A stretch of DNA of 64,000 bases. Source: an uncultured Collinsella sp. GTDB taxonomy: Bacteria > Actinomycetota > Coriobacteriia > Coriobacteriales > Coriobacteriaceae. Position numbers and translations under genes: made by a program. Where the stretch lies: NCBI GenBank assembly GCA_900540975.1, contig UQHY01000002.1, positions 7,593 to 71,592 of the forward strand, written 5' to 3'. The notes beneath the pieces were generated by a model. It was not told the origin of the DNA, did not search any database, and was given only the letters and a program-made list of their open reading frames with translations. How positions within the stretch are numbered: position 1 is the first letter of the stretch; every line of letters begins with the position of its first letter. Below are positions 1-8,974 of this stretch, piece after piece.

Positions 1-17
1 AGCCTCCCTGCCCCTTC

Positions 18-1403
18 GTGGGCATCTGCGGCGGCTGCTCGTGGGGCAATCTCTCACGCACGGCACAGCTCGCCGCCAAGGAGCAAAACCTGCGCTCCAC
101 GCTCGAGCGCATTGGCAAGTTCGCTCCTGAGCAGGTCGATGAGTTGGTACAGCCCATCCGCCACACCAAGGACGACTGGGGCTACCGCAATAAAATCGAG
201 CTCGAACCGACCGTCGTCAACGGTCGCGTGCGCCTTGGCATGCACGGTGTCGACCCCAGCAAAATCGTGACCGTCGATGCGTGCCCGCTGTTCGATAAGC
301 GTTTTCCCAAGGCGCTCAAATCGGTCGTCGGCGCACTCAACTATCTAAGCGGCAGCCACGACTTGGGCCTCGAGCGCGTGGGTATTCGCGCCTCGCGCCG
401 CACCAAGGCGCTCGAGGTAGCGCTCTGGACGCCTACGGGGTCTTTCCCGCGCTCGCAGGTCTCGCGCGTGCTGGCAGACGCCGCTCATCCCACGAGCATC
501 GTGCGTGTGATGAGCAAGGGCGAAAAGAAAGCCCGCCGTGTCTCCAAAGTCGAGATGCTCGCCGGCGAGGGCTCGTGGACCGAGAACATCGCTGACGGCC
601 AGATGCGCCTGTCCGCTCCGTCGTTTTTCCAGGTCAATACCAAGGGCGCCGAGATTTTGATTGAGCTCGTTATGGACGCCCTCGACCCGCAGGAAGACGA
701 GCTGGCCGTGGACCTGTACTGCGGTGCCGGCACCTTTACCCTACCGCTCGCCCGCCGCTGCGATTTTGTCGCCGCCGTCGAAGCCTATGGCCCGGCCGTG
801 CGCGATCTACGCCGTAACCTGGAGATCAACAAGCTCGATAACGTCGACGTCATCGGCGGTGACGCGGTGCGCGAGTTCCCCGATCAGGACGCCGACGTCT
901 TGGTGGTCGACCCGCCGCGTGCGGGCCTCGCCCCCGAGGCGATCGACCTCATCGCGAGCACGAGTGCCCGTGATGTCGCCTACGTGAGCTGCGACCCGGC
1001 GACTCTGGCCCGCGACCTCAAGCGCTTTGTCGAGGAGGGCACCTTCTCCCCCGTCAAGATCACGCCGGTCGACCTGTTCCCGCAAACCTTCCACTGCGAG
1101 ACGGTAGTATTATTGTCCAAACTCAAAGTCGACCATCATATCGAAATAGAACTTAAGATGGATGAGTTGGATTTAACGGCGGCGGAAAGTAAAGCAACCT
1201 ACGATGAAATCAAAGCCTATGTTTTGAACAAGTACGGACTAAAAGTAAGCCAGCTTTATATCGCTCAGATAAAAAGAAAGTGTGGAATCATCGAAAGAAA
1301 AAATTATAACGTATCCAAAAAGGAAGATGCGAAAGTACCGCAGTGCCCGCCAGAGAAAGAGGCAGCGATTATGGACGCATTAAAGCATTTTCAAATGATT
1401 TGA
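18..1403 (+). CDS. rlmD: 23S rRNA (uracil-5)-methyltransferase RlmD/RumA, 5' end outside window, with a foreign C-terminal extension
   Basis: Motifs CGGC..W, YRNKIE, SFFQVN, DLYCGAG, VDPPRAGL, YVSCDPATLARDL, DLFPQT.H.E. Sequence becomes AT-rich after about 1100. Confidence 0.92.
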   Translation: MGICGGCSWGNLSRTAQLAAKEQNLRSTLERIGKFAPEQVDELVQPIRHTKDDWGYRNKIELEPTVVNGRVRLGMHGVDPSKIVTVDACPLFDKRFPKALKSVVGALNYLSGSHDLGLERVGIRASRRTKALEVALWTPTGSFPRSQVSRVLADAAHPTSIVRVMSKGEKKARRVSKVEMLAGEGSWTENIADGQMRLSAPSFFQVNTKGAEILIELVMDALDPQEDELAVDLYCGAGTFTLPLARRCDFVAAVEAYGPAVRDLRRNLEINKLDNVDVIGGDAVREFPDQDADVLVVDPPRAGLAPEAIDLIASTSARDVAYVSCDPATLARDLKRFVEEGTFSPVKITPVDLFPQTFHCETVVLLSKLKVDHHIEIELKMDELDLTAAESKATYDEIKAYVLNKYGLKVSQLYIAQIKRKCGIIERKNYNVSKKEDAKVPQCPPEKEAAIMDALKHFQMI

Positions 1404-1445
1404 AAAAATTTATAAATACGCCGTTTTCGGACGGCGCTCACTTCA

Positions 1446-1479
1446 AAAGGTGTTGCTTTCGGGCAGCGCCTTTTGTTTT
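1446..1479 (+). terminator. Probable intrinsic terminator after the extended rlmD
   Basis: aaaaggtgttgc-tttcgg-gcagcgcctttt followed by gtttt. Confidence 0.55.
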
Positions 1480-1508
1480 GCCGGTCTGAAAGAAAAGGGG
1501 GTGAAAAC

Positions 1509-2414
1509 ATGGCCGAGCCGGGTGCATTGGATTACTTTTACGGAACCGAGGCAGAGCAATATACCTTTTACCGGATTCCGAAGGTGTTGTTTACCGACCC
1601 CGGCTTCCGGCGCATAACAGCAGACGCGAAAATCCTGTATGGCCTGATGTTGGATCGCATGGGGCTGTCCATACGCAATAACTGGCTGGACGAACAGGAG
1701 CGTGTGTTTATCTACTTCACGTTGGAAGAAGCAATGGACGCGATGTGCTGCGGCCATAACAAGGCGGTGTCCCTGTTCACTGAGTTGGACAAGGTAGGCC
1801 TAATCGAGCGTAAGAAGCAGGGCCAGGGCCGCCCCACAAAAATTTACGTCAAGAACTTCATCCGGAAAGAGGAAGTCAAGACTTCCAAAAATCGGAAGTC
1901 TGCACTTCCCGAAAGCGGAACTCTTGACTTCCGAAAATCGGACACAATCAATACTGATAAGAATAAGACTGATCTGAGTGATACTGATCCATCTATCTAT
2001 CCGGCGGCACGGCCTCCGGAAGATAGACCGCCTACGGCGGCTGATACGATGGATACGATACGAGCCTATCGGGAGATTTTGAAAGAGAACATTGAGTATG
2101 ACCATCTCCGAAAAAATCTTGGCTACGACTATGAACTTCTGGATGAACTTCTGGAAATCCTGGTGGACACGGTATGCAGCACCCGAAAAATGATCCGCAT
2201 TGGCGGCGAGGACTTCCCGAAAGAGATTGTGAAAAGCAGGCTGTTGAAGCTGGACTCCAGCCACATCGAGTATGTGATCAGCAGCCTGCGGGAGAATACG
2301 ACAAAGGTACGGAACATCCGCGCTTACCTCCTAACCTCCCTCTACAATGCGCCTACTACCATCAACAGTTACTACACTGCACTTGTAAACCATGACATGT
2401 ACGGCAGCGGGTAA
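1509..2414 (+). CDS. repA: Replication initiator protein A (RepA_N with DUF6017-like C-terminus)
   Basis: FYRIPKVLF...AKILYGLMLDRMGLS..N.W.D..RVFIYFT and a C-terminal NIRAYLLTSLYNAPTTINSYY..VNHD. RBS-like AGGGGGTG before ATG 1509. Confidence 0.85.
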   Translation: MAEPGALDYFYGTEAEQYTFYRIPKVLFTDPGFRRITADAKILYGLMLDRMGLSIRNNWLDEQERVFIYFTLEEAMDAMCCGHNKAVSLFTELDKVGLIERKKQGQGRPTKIYVKNFIRKEEVKTSKNRKSALPESGTLDFRKSDTINTDKNKTDLSDTDPSIYPAARPPEDRPPTAADTMDTIRAYREILKENIEYDHLRKNLGYDYELLDELLEILVDTVCSTRKMIRIGGEDFPKEIVKSRLLKLDSSHIEYVISSLRENTTKVRNIRAYLLTSLYNAPTTINSYYTALVNHDMYGSG

Positions 2415-2590
2415 CTGTTTTTTCATACTCAAATGAGGGCGGCGAGCCGGTCTTATCCGGCCCGCCTTGATTACCCACTAGCAAATGAACGGCACTGTGT
2501 CAAGAACGCGCACGGTGCGCGTTCATTCTATTCTTGACACGGGGCCGTTTGTTTGCCACCCGGCACGAAGCCGGAGAAAGGAGCGACCCC

Positions 2591-2941
2591 GTGAAGAAAC
2601 CATTTGCATATATTTCTGCCGCTTGGAGCGGTCAGGAATTTACCGACACCGACCAGGCTGCGGTCTACTGCCGCAAGGTCTATCTGGCCGGTTTTACCCC
2701 GATCTGTCCCATCCTCTATCTGCCGCACTTCCTCAATGATACCATTCCCGCCGAACATAAGGACGGGATTGATATGGCGCGGGAACTTTTGCGGCGTAGC
2801 CATGTACTGATTGTCTGCGGCGACGAGGTGGACGAAGCCGTGAAGAACGACATTGCCGTGGCGCAGCGGCTTGGCATTACGGCCACCACACTGGACGGTA
2901 TTTTGAAAATCCGGAGCCAGGGCCATGAGGAACCCCGCTGA
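2591..2941 (+). CDS. ICE-associated hypothetical protein (DUF4406/DUF7768-like)
   Basis: AYIS..., YCR.VY.AG.TPICP.LY...FLND...E...G..M..ELL. GTG start after GAAAGGAG. Confidence 0.6.
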   Translation: MKKPFAYISAAWSGQEFTDTDQAAVYCRKVYLAGFTPICPILYLPHFLNDTIPAEHKDGIDMARELLRRSHVLIVCGDEVDEAVKNDIAVAQRLGITATTLDGILKIRSQGHEEPR

Positions 2942-3040
2942 TACTCTCCACCGGCTGCTGCGTTCCCTGCTGCACCGGCTGGTGGTGCCGCCTTAGTATC
3001 CTCTTTTCCATTTCCACCCTGCCGGAAAGGAGGATAGCCC

Positions 3041-3523
3041 ATGCAGGAAGAACTGGAACAAAAATCTGTGGCGATCAGCATTAAGGCGGGAAAGCTGACC
3101 GCAAATCTCTTGAAGAAAGCCGTGGAAAAGGCCCTGGCGGAAATGGAGAAAAGCCAGAAAAACCCGAAAATTTATAAGGGTAAGCAGAGTGTAAAACACC
3201 TTGTCCGGCAGGGCGCAGGCGTTTCCAACATTGAGATTACAGACGGCAACATCAAATCCTTTGAGCGCGTTGCCCGCAAGTATGGCGTTGATTTCGCGCT
3301 GAAAAAGGACACCACAAGCCAGCCACCCCGCTATCTGGTATTTTTCAAGTCGCGGGATGCGGATGCGCTGACCGCTGCCTTTGCGGAATATTCCGGCAAA
3401 GTGGTAAAGCGCCAGTCCCAGGAAAAGCCTTCGGTTCGCCGCCAGCTTACACAGCTTCAGGAGGTTGTCCGGAAAATGGCACAGTCCCTCTCCCGCAATA
3501 AACAGCAGGAGGTGGCACGATGA
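3041..3523 (+). CDS. PcfB family (DUF3801) conjugation protein
   Basis: MQEELEQKSV...GKQSVKHL..QGAGVSNIEITDGNIKSFERVARKYGVDFA...YLVFFKSRDADALTAAF. Confidence 0.85.
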   Translation: MQEELEQKSVAISIKAGKLTANLLKKAVEKALAEMEKSQKNPKIYKGKQSVKHLVRQGAGVSNIEITDGNIKSFERVARKYGVDFALKKDTTSQPPRYLVFFKSRDADALTAAFAEYSGKVVKRQSQEKPSVRRQLTQLQEVVRKMAQSLSRNKQQEVAR

Positions 3524-3650
3524 AGAACCTGCCGAAGGTTAACCCGACGAAAGCGGTCAAGGCCAGTCTACCCTATGTGTTTGCCGGTCTGCTCTGCACA
3601 AAGCTGGGTGAAGCCTACCGGTTGACCACCGGCGGCGATGTACTGGATAG
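3520..3650 (+). pseudogene. N-terminal fragment of a VirD4/TraG coupling protein
   Basis: Start overlaps the pcfB stop (ATGA). LPYVFAGLLCTKLGEAYRL.GGD.LD is a typical Clostridiales VirD4 N-terminus. The remainder of ORF 3520-4056 is antisense to another gene. Confidence 0.7.
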
Positions 3651-5289
3651 GCAGCAGGTAGCGCATCGACTCGGTCGTGTACGACGTCGGCGAGATCCAA
3701 AGAACAAGGTTTGCCGCAACGAGCGGCGCCATCAGATAGAGTTTCTGGGGCGCACGACGTTTTATCTCCAGCAGCAGAAACGCCATACCCCAGGTCGACC
3801 AAAGCGCCTTGGCGCCAATAAGCATGCCGACCGGCGTCGACTGAAGCCATGCAACGAGCGACTCGACACTGCGGCCCAAGGTCGCATCGGACCAGCTCAA
3901 TCCCAGGTCCCGCGAGCGGGGAAACACATGGCTCACGTTGTGTCCGTCGACAGGAGTCACATAGGGCGACAAGGCCTCGCTTCCCGCCGCCGGCATGGCA
4001 TACCAGCCAATCTGAACTCCCAGATACGCCTTAAGATAACAAAGTGGATGCTGTAGGAGCCCCGCTACCCACGCGCCAAAATAGGCTGCAAAATCGAGCT
4101 CGTCGGCCTTACCAAACGTGGGGTCTTTAACGGAGTCGGTTAAAAACCACGTGTAGTTGTTCTTACCATCCTCCCCGATGGCGCGCTCGATCTCTTGACG
4201 CTGCCATTCCGGAAGCTCGTCCCCGTGGTCACGCATCAGCAACGCGGACTGCTGAAACATGAGACCGTAGACCTCCTGCTTGCCACCAGGCTCGCACCCC
4301 AAAGCGGGAAGTACGGCCGTGGGCATAAGGACCGTCATAAACAGAGAAGCGCCGACCGCCATTGCCGCAACGACAACTCGCCCGCGCCGACCCGTTACCT
4401 TGAAGAACACGACAACCAGGACAATCAGCACGAGAATCAGGCCGGTCTTACGCGTCAGCGAAACCAGAAGCAGAAGTGCAACGTATACAGCAAGGAAACC
4501 GGGGGCCCTCAGGAGTCGCCCCCTCGAACGCATGACCTCAATGGAAGCAACCGAGAACAGCAGGAAAAACGGCAGGAAGGTGGCGTCCTTCGCCATGGCC
4601 GAGGCATAAATGGGAAGGTGCCAATACAGGCACAGAAACGCCAGCAGCGCCAGACAAACACCACGTCCGCCGCCCATACGGCGTACCAAAACAAGGCAGC
4701 ACGCCAAGGCGCACGCCGTCAGAAACGCCTGTACCAGGCAGAAGGCGTACACCCCAGCATCAACGCTTCCCAGCGCACGGCCCAGGTCGGTAAACCATCC
4801 GTACAGATAGGTATCGATCACCGGATGGTGGTCGGTGATGACGCCTTCCGACAAGGCATTGGGCAAGCCGTTGTACTGCAAGAGCTGTTGGCGAGTATCC
4901 CACCAGATCACGCCTGGGAACAGCAGGACCAGCAACGGAGACCAGCAGGCGTAGATGATTGCGCCCAGTTTTACGATGCCGCCAAATGCGTACGTCTGTG
5001 GGATGCCTGAGAACGCCATGTCGCACAAGTTGTCAAACCATCTAACATGGACTTGCCGAGGAACGTCGACAATACTTTTGCGTCCCGCCAGAAACCGCTC
5101 GATCAGACAGTCGCCGAGCATAAACGCTGTGCAGAAAAAGGCCATGTGCCCCAAGACATGGACCAAGTAGATAGGGTTGCAAGAGAATCCCACGGTATCG
5201 CGAAACATATCCGCGATGGTCGCGAGCACCGCAAAGATGCCCGCGACCATCAGCATGCCGCGATTCTGTTTTAATCGCTCCACCGGCAT
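3568..5289 (-). CDS. Polytopic membrane protein (DUF6020 / GT-C-like); native C-terminus probably lost at about 3650
   Basis: FPGVIWWDT..Q, DHHPVI.T, KDATF, SLTRKTG, RYLLP and many TM helices. The last ~27 codons are antisense virD4. Confidence 0.7.
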   Translation of the reverse strand: MPVERLKQNRGMLMVAGIFAVLATIADMFRDTVGFSCNPIYLVHVLGHMAFFCTAFMLGDCLIERFLAGRKSIVDVPRQVHVRWFDNLCDMAFSGIPQTYAFGGIVKLGAIIYACWSPLLVLLFPGVIWWDTRQQLLQYNGLPNALSEGVITDHHPVIDTYLYGWFTDLGRALGSVDAGVYAFCLVQAFLTACALACCLVLVRRMGGGRGVCLALLAFLCLYWHLPIYASAMAKDATFLPFFLLFSVASIEVMRSRGRLLRAPGFLAVYVALLLLVSLTRKTGLILVLIVLVVVFFKVTGRRGRVVVAAMAVGASLFMTVLMPTAVLPALGCEPGGKQEVYGLMFQQSALLMRDHGDELPEWQRQEIERAIGEDGKNNYTWFLTDSVKDPTFGKADELDFAAYFGAWVAGLLQHPLCYLKAYLGVQIGWYAMPAAGSEALSPYVTPVDGHNVSHVFPRSRDLGLSWSDATLGRSVESLVAWLQSTPVGMLIGAKALWSTWGMAFLLLEIKRRAPQKLYLMAPLVAANLVLWISPTSYTTESMRYLLPIQYIAAGGQPVGFTQLCAEQTGKHIG

Positions 5290-5293
5290 ACAC

Positions 5294-6937
5294 TTAGTGC
5301 TTTACCGGTGCGCCGCAATGCGGGCAGAATTGAGAATCGGGCGTAAGCGGGCTTCCGCACGAGCTACAGAATCGCGGCGCATCCGAGGGCGCAGGAGCCT
5401 GCTGCGGCTGGGCCTGAGCCTGCTGTCCGACGAAATTCTGCGGCATCATCTGCTGAGGCGCTGTATATGCGGTGTTATTCGCAACCGCCGCATATGCCTT
5501 AGAGTGTTTGCGCATGCGAATGACAAAGAAGCCGCCAACGCCCGCCGCGATGAGAATCGCAACAATAACGACGATGAGAATGGGATTGAACGAGGATGAG
5601 CTGTCGTCCTTTTGCGAATCGGCCAAAAGGGATTGCTGGGAGATGCCGCTCTTGTAGACATCGATCCTAAAACCGTCATCCTTATTATCTTGAACGGCGT
5701 AAATCAATGAGCAGTCCTTCGAGAACCACGCAGACCCCATGTAGCCGTCGTCGCCTACGCGGTCGTATTCCAGCGAACCCCTCAAATTAATCTGAGAATG
5801 TGCGCCCGTCTTTGTATCAATCAGATACAACAGATTGTTATCGTTGTCGTCCGAACCATTGGCCAATGCAAACCTACCGTCATTCGATAGAGCGCCATAT
5901 CCACCTTCACTCATAAAGGGGAGATCATTAGGGTACTTAGTCCTCCATTTTGTTTCGCCTGTCTTGTTATCGACGACAATCATTTCAAGGCTTTCCAGCT
6001 CAGAAGAGCTGGAGCCGAGTCCATCACTGTTTTCGTTATACAAGCCAAGAACGAGCGATCCGTCCTGATTAAGCGTGTTGTATTCCAGATTGCTGTAGTA
6101 GGTGCAGGTTGCGTCACCCTTTTTTGAGACATAGAGGCAGGGGCCGATGGCGGCGCCGTCATCGTTAACGACAACCGTATTGCCCGCCCTGTCAAATTCA
6201 GACGTGTTGACGGCTTCCTTGTCCTTCAGGTCGAGCGTTACCACGTCGTAGTACGAATGTGAATCGTAATCGTCGCCGCAATAATCCCGTATAACATAGC
6301 CGTATTTGCCGTCATTTGAAATCCAAGCAGGGCCATCCAAAGAGTAGTCATCGGATGACGTAAATTCGTATTTAGTCGTTGTATTGCTGTTCTTAAAATC
6401 AACTACGCTAAAAACCGCGTAATAATCCTCTGAACGCGAATCATATACTAGGGATGTTATAAAAAGCGATTTGTTGTCCTTAGATATTTGAAGCCTGACA
6501 TCGCCATCATCGTCATCAAGCACGTCAGATGGAACCGCGGAGCCCAGAGGATATTCTTCTGACTTGTCATTGGACAGATCATATGCAATTACGGAATCGT
6601 TCGCTCTATTGAAACAGTAAAAGGTCTCTTCGTCAGCTGAAAAGCAGTATGCATTTTTATAGTCATCACTCTCGGGATCAATATCCACTATGGTGCGAGA
6701 CCAATCCTCGGTGTCTAGTAAATAGAACTTTTCTTCAGATGCATCCCCGTACAGCACATACCTTCCAGAAGGCGAACGGTTTACATATATCGAATTCTCA
6801 AGCTCATACGTATCTTTCAGCTCGGGCGTGGGAACGTCGGCAGCATAGGCACCGAGCGGCGCCACGACAAGACTGGCAGCCAGTGCAAGGCCGGCCGTAA
6901 GGAGCATCCCCCATTTCATTTTTCTTGTTCTTGGCAT
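5294..6937 (-). CDS. Surface protein: signal peptide, acidic beta-propeller-like repeats, TM helix, Q/P linker, C-terminal zinc ribbon
   Basis: A-Y-A cleavage site; SPSGRY/SADEE/SNDGKY/SNDGRF blade-like motifs; FCSSCG...FCPHCG. Lower GC than neighbours. Confidence 0.7.
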   Translation of the reverse strand: MPRTRKMKWGMLLTAGLALAASLVVAPLGAYAADVPTPELKDTYELENSIYVNRSPSGRYVLYGDASEEKFYLLDTEDWSRTIVDIDPESDDYKNAYCFSADEETFYCFNRANDSVIAYDLSNDKSEEYPLGSAVPSDVLDDDDGDVRLQISKDNKSLFITSLVYDSRSEDYYAVFSVVDFKNSNTTTKYEFTSSDDYSLDGPAWISNDGKYGYVIRDYCGDDYDSHSYYDVVTLDLKDKEAVNTSEFDRAGNTVVVNDDGAAIGPCLYVSKKGDATCTYYSNLEYNTLNQDGSLVLGLYNENSDGLGSSSSELESLEMIVVDNKTGETKWRTKYPNDLPFMSEGGYGALSNDGRFALANGSDDNDNNLLYLIDTKTGAHSQINLRGSLEYDRVGDDGYMGSAWFSKDCSLIYAVQDNKDDGFRIDVYKSGISQQSLLADSQKDDSSSSFNPILIVVIVAILIAAGVGGFFVIRMRKHSKAYAAVANNTAYTAPQQMMPQNFVGQQAQAQPQQAPAPSDAPRFCSSCGSPLTPDSQFCPHCGAPVKH

Positions 6938-7055
6938 GGTTGCCCCTTTCGATCGAGAGGTGAGTAAGACCTGAGAATACGCTAAGCCCGAAAAAGCAAA
7001 ATCTGTTGCGCAACAATTCCCGGCGAGTAAAAAAGTCGGTAACGCCTGATGAAAA

Positions 7056-7111
7056 TGGGACGGGGATTAAATAATCATTGTGTACCGAATGATTATTTAA
7101 TCCCCGTCCCA
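7056..7111. repeat. Perfect 24-bp inverted repeat (REP doublet-like)
   Basis: tgggacggggattaaataatcatt (7056-7079) and its exact reverse complement (7088-7111). Confidence 0.9.
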
Positions 7112-7117
7112 GAAAAA

Positions 7118-7417
7118 TCACTGATGGTTGACGGGAGCTCCGCAGTTTTGGCAGAAGGATGCGTTTGCCTCCAACATTGAGCCACACTGTGGGCAAAAAT
7201 GAGCGGACTCAACTGGCTGAGCATCATCGATCGCGGTCGGCACCTGCTGCGTCGGCGGCATTTGCTGCGCCGGAGGCATTTGCTGGTATGGATTGGACTG
7301 CGGAGGCTGAGGCTTGTTCGATGATTCCTTGTTCAAGATAACGGCAAAGGCAACAGCCGCGACACCACCAAATACAACTAGCAAAACGAGAAGATCGAAT
7401 ACACTAAGGCCTATCAT
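7118..7417 (-). CDS. Small membrane-anchored zinc-ribbon protein
   Basis: N-terminal TM, QQMPP repeats, FCPQCG...FCQNCG. GAGGAG RBS. Confidence 0.75.
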   Translation of the reverse strand: MIGLSVFDLLVLLVVFGGVAAVAFAVILNKESSNKPQPPQSNPYQQMPPAQQMPPTQQVPTAIDDAQPVESAHFCPQCGSMLEANASFCQNCGAPVNHQ

Positions 7418-7538
7418 CGCAAATCAGCTCCTCATGTAGCGAAAGATGACGGATGCCGAGATTTTATCGCCGCGCCGCAAGCCCCTCCTAGTGCGCAACA
7501 CCCAGGCACGACCAGTCTTTTTTGGAGCGGGGCTCCCG

Positions 7539-7663
7539 GGGTAGCTAATTTGGGACGGGGCTGTTTTAGCTACCCTTTGGCAGTTGGCGCATATTTGGGT
7601 TGGAACAAATACCGACCGGAATATAGGGGTAGCTAAAACAGCCCCGTCCCAAATTAGCTACCC
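7539..7663. repeat. Perfect 37-bp inverted repeat pair, each arm itself a hairpin (REP doublet-like)
   Basis: gggtagctaatttgggacggggctgttttagctaccc (7539-7575) and its exact reverse complement (7627-7663). Confidence 0.9.
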
Positions 7664-7752
7664 AAAAAATCATTGGGGAATGGTGCGTGGCAAGCGGGGG
7701 TCTTCGGGGTATAAGACGGCTAATTGTATGCCGCTTTTTGAAAGGAACCCTT

Positions 7753-8295
7753 ATGCTCAGCGTTGCCGTTCTTGCCGCCGATGGCTTTGAAACGATTGAA
7801 TGCCTGACCATGGTCGATGTCATGCGTCGCGGCGGCGTGCGCGCCACGCTCGTCTCGATCATGCCCACGCGCGAGGTTGTAAGCTCGCTGCAGATTCCCG
7901 TAACCTGCGACGCACTCTTTGACGAGATTAACTTTGACGAGTACGACTGCGTCGTGCTGCCCGGCGGTCTGCCCGGCGCCACCAACCTGCGCGCCGACCA
8001 GCGCGTCTGCGACGTAGTCTGCGAGTTCGCCGCGACCAAGCATGTTGCCGCCATCTGCGCCGCCCCGTTTATCCTGGGTGAGCTTGACCTGCTCGAGGGA
8101 CGCCACGCCACGTGCTTCCCCGGCTTTGAGAAGAGTTTCCCCGAGGGCGCCTATACCGGCGACAAGGTCACGCACGACGGCAACATCATCACCGCCAGCG
8201 GCATGGCCCAGTCGCTCCCCTTTGCGCTTGAGCTGCTGCGTACGCTCGCCGGCGACAAGGCTGTCGAGAAGGTTGCCGAGGGTATTCAGTTATGA
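7753..8295 (+). CDS. DJ-1/ThiJ/YajL family protein
   Basis: LAADGFETIE, VLPGGLPGA.NL, AAICAAP, ATCFPG. RBS AAAGGA before ATG 7753. Confidence 0.9.
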   Translation: MLSVAVLAADGFETIECLTMVDVMRRGGVRATLVSIMPTREVVSSLQIPVTCDALFDEINFDEYDCVVLPGGLPGATNLRADQRVCDVVCEFAATKHVAAICAAPFILGELDLLEGRHATCFPGFEKSFPEGAYTGDKVTHDGNIITASGMAQSLPFALELLRTLAGDKAVEKVAEGIQL

Positions 8296-8873
8296 TTTTG
8301 GCTTCGCAATCACCGCGCCGCATCGAGTTGATGCGCGAAGCGGGCTACGACATCCGCGTCATTCCCGCTGACATCGACGAGACTCCTTTTGATGACGAAA
8401 CCCCGCTTACGCTTGTCGAGCGCTTAGCTCGCGCTAAGGCTGCCGCCGTTGCCGCCGAGCACGCCGAGCCCAATGAGCTGACCATCGCGGCCGACACCAT
8501 CGTCACCTTCGATGACAAGATTTTGGGCAAGCCGGCAAACGAGGGCGAAGCCCGCATCATGCTCCATGAGCTCTCGGGGCGCACGCACCAGGTCGCAACT
8601 GGCGTCTGCATCGTTAGAGCCGGAGACGCCACAGCCCCGCACGCCGCCGAGAGCCTATCGTTTGTCGATGTGACCGACGTGATGTTCTATGAGCTCACCG
8701 ACGAGCAGATTGAGCGCTACGTCGCCTCGGGCGAGCCCATGGACAAGGCGGGCGCCTACGGCATCCAAGGCACAGGCGGCCGCATGCTCGTGCATGATAT
8801 TTCGGGCGACTTCTACAACGTGGTGGGCCTGCCCATCGCTCGCGTCGCGCGTGCGATTCAAAAACTATCGTAA
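8292..8873 (+). CDS. maf: Maf family nucleotide pyrophosphatase
   Basis: ILASQSPRR, AADTIV, ILGKP, LSGRTH.V.TG, DKAGAYGIQG, NVVGLP. Confidence 0.95.
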   Translation: MILASQSPRRIELMREAGYDIRVIPADIDETPFDDETPLTLVERLARAKAAAVAAEHAEPNELTIAADTIVTFDDKILGKPANEGEARIMLHELSGRTHQVATGVCIVRAGDATAPHAAESLSFVDVTDVMFYELTDEQIERYVASGEPMDKAGAYGIQGTGGRMLVHDISGDFYNVVGLPIARVARAIQKLS

Positions 8874-8974
8874 TTGCATCTGGCGCTGGGTATCCGCCAG
8901 CGCCTACAATTTCGGCGTACCGTACGGATCCCGACCGGGCATAAGGCCTGGCGGAAAACCGATAGGAGTAAAAC

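Larger units (their letters stand above)
1090..3650 (+). mobile_element. Truncated end of a Firmicutes-type integrative conjugative element inserted in the rlmD/rumA 3' end
   Basis: Composition break at HCETV. The replacement tail ESKATYDEIKAYV...CPPEKEAAIMDALKHFQMI is followed by repA-N, a DUF, pcfB and the virD4 N-terminus in ICE gene order. Confidence 0.8.

Noticed and set aside
3650..4056. C-terminal part of ORF 3520-4056 as a real protein
   Set aside because: It is the antisense shadow of the DUF6020-like gene; only the first ~43 codons look like VirD4.
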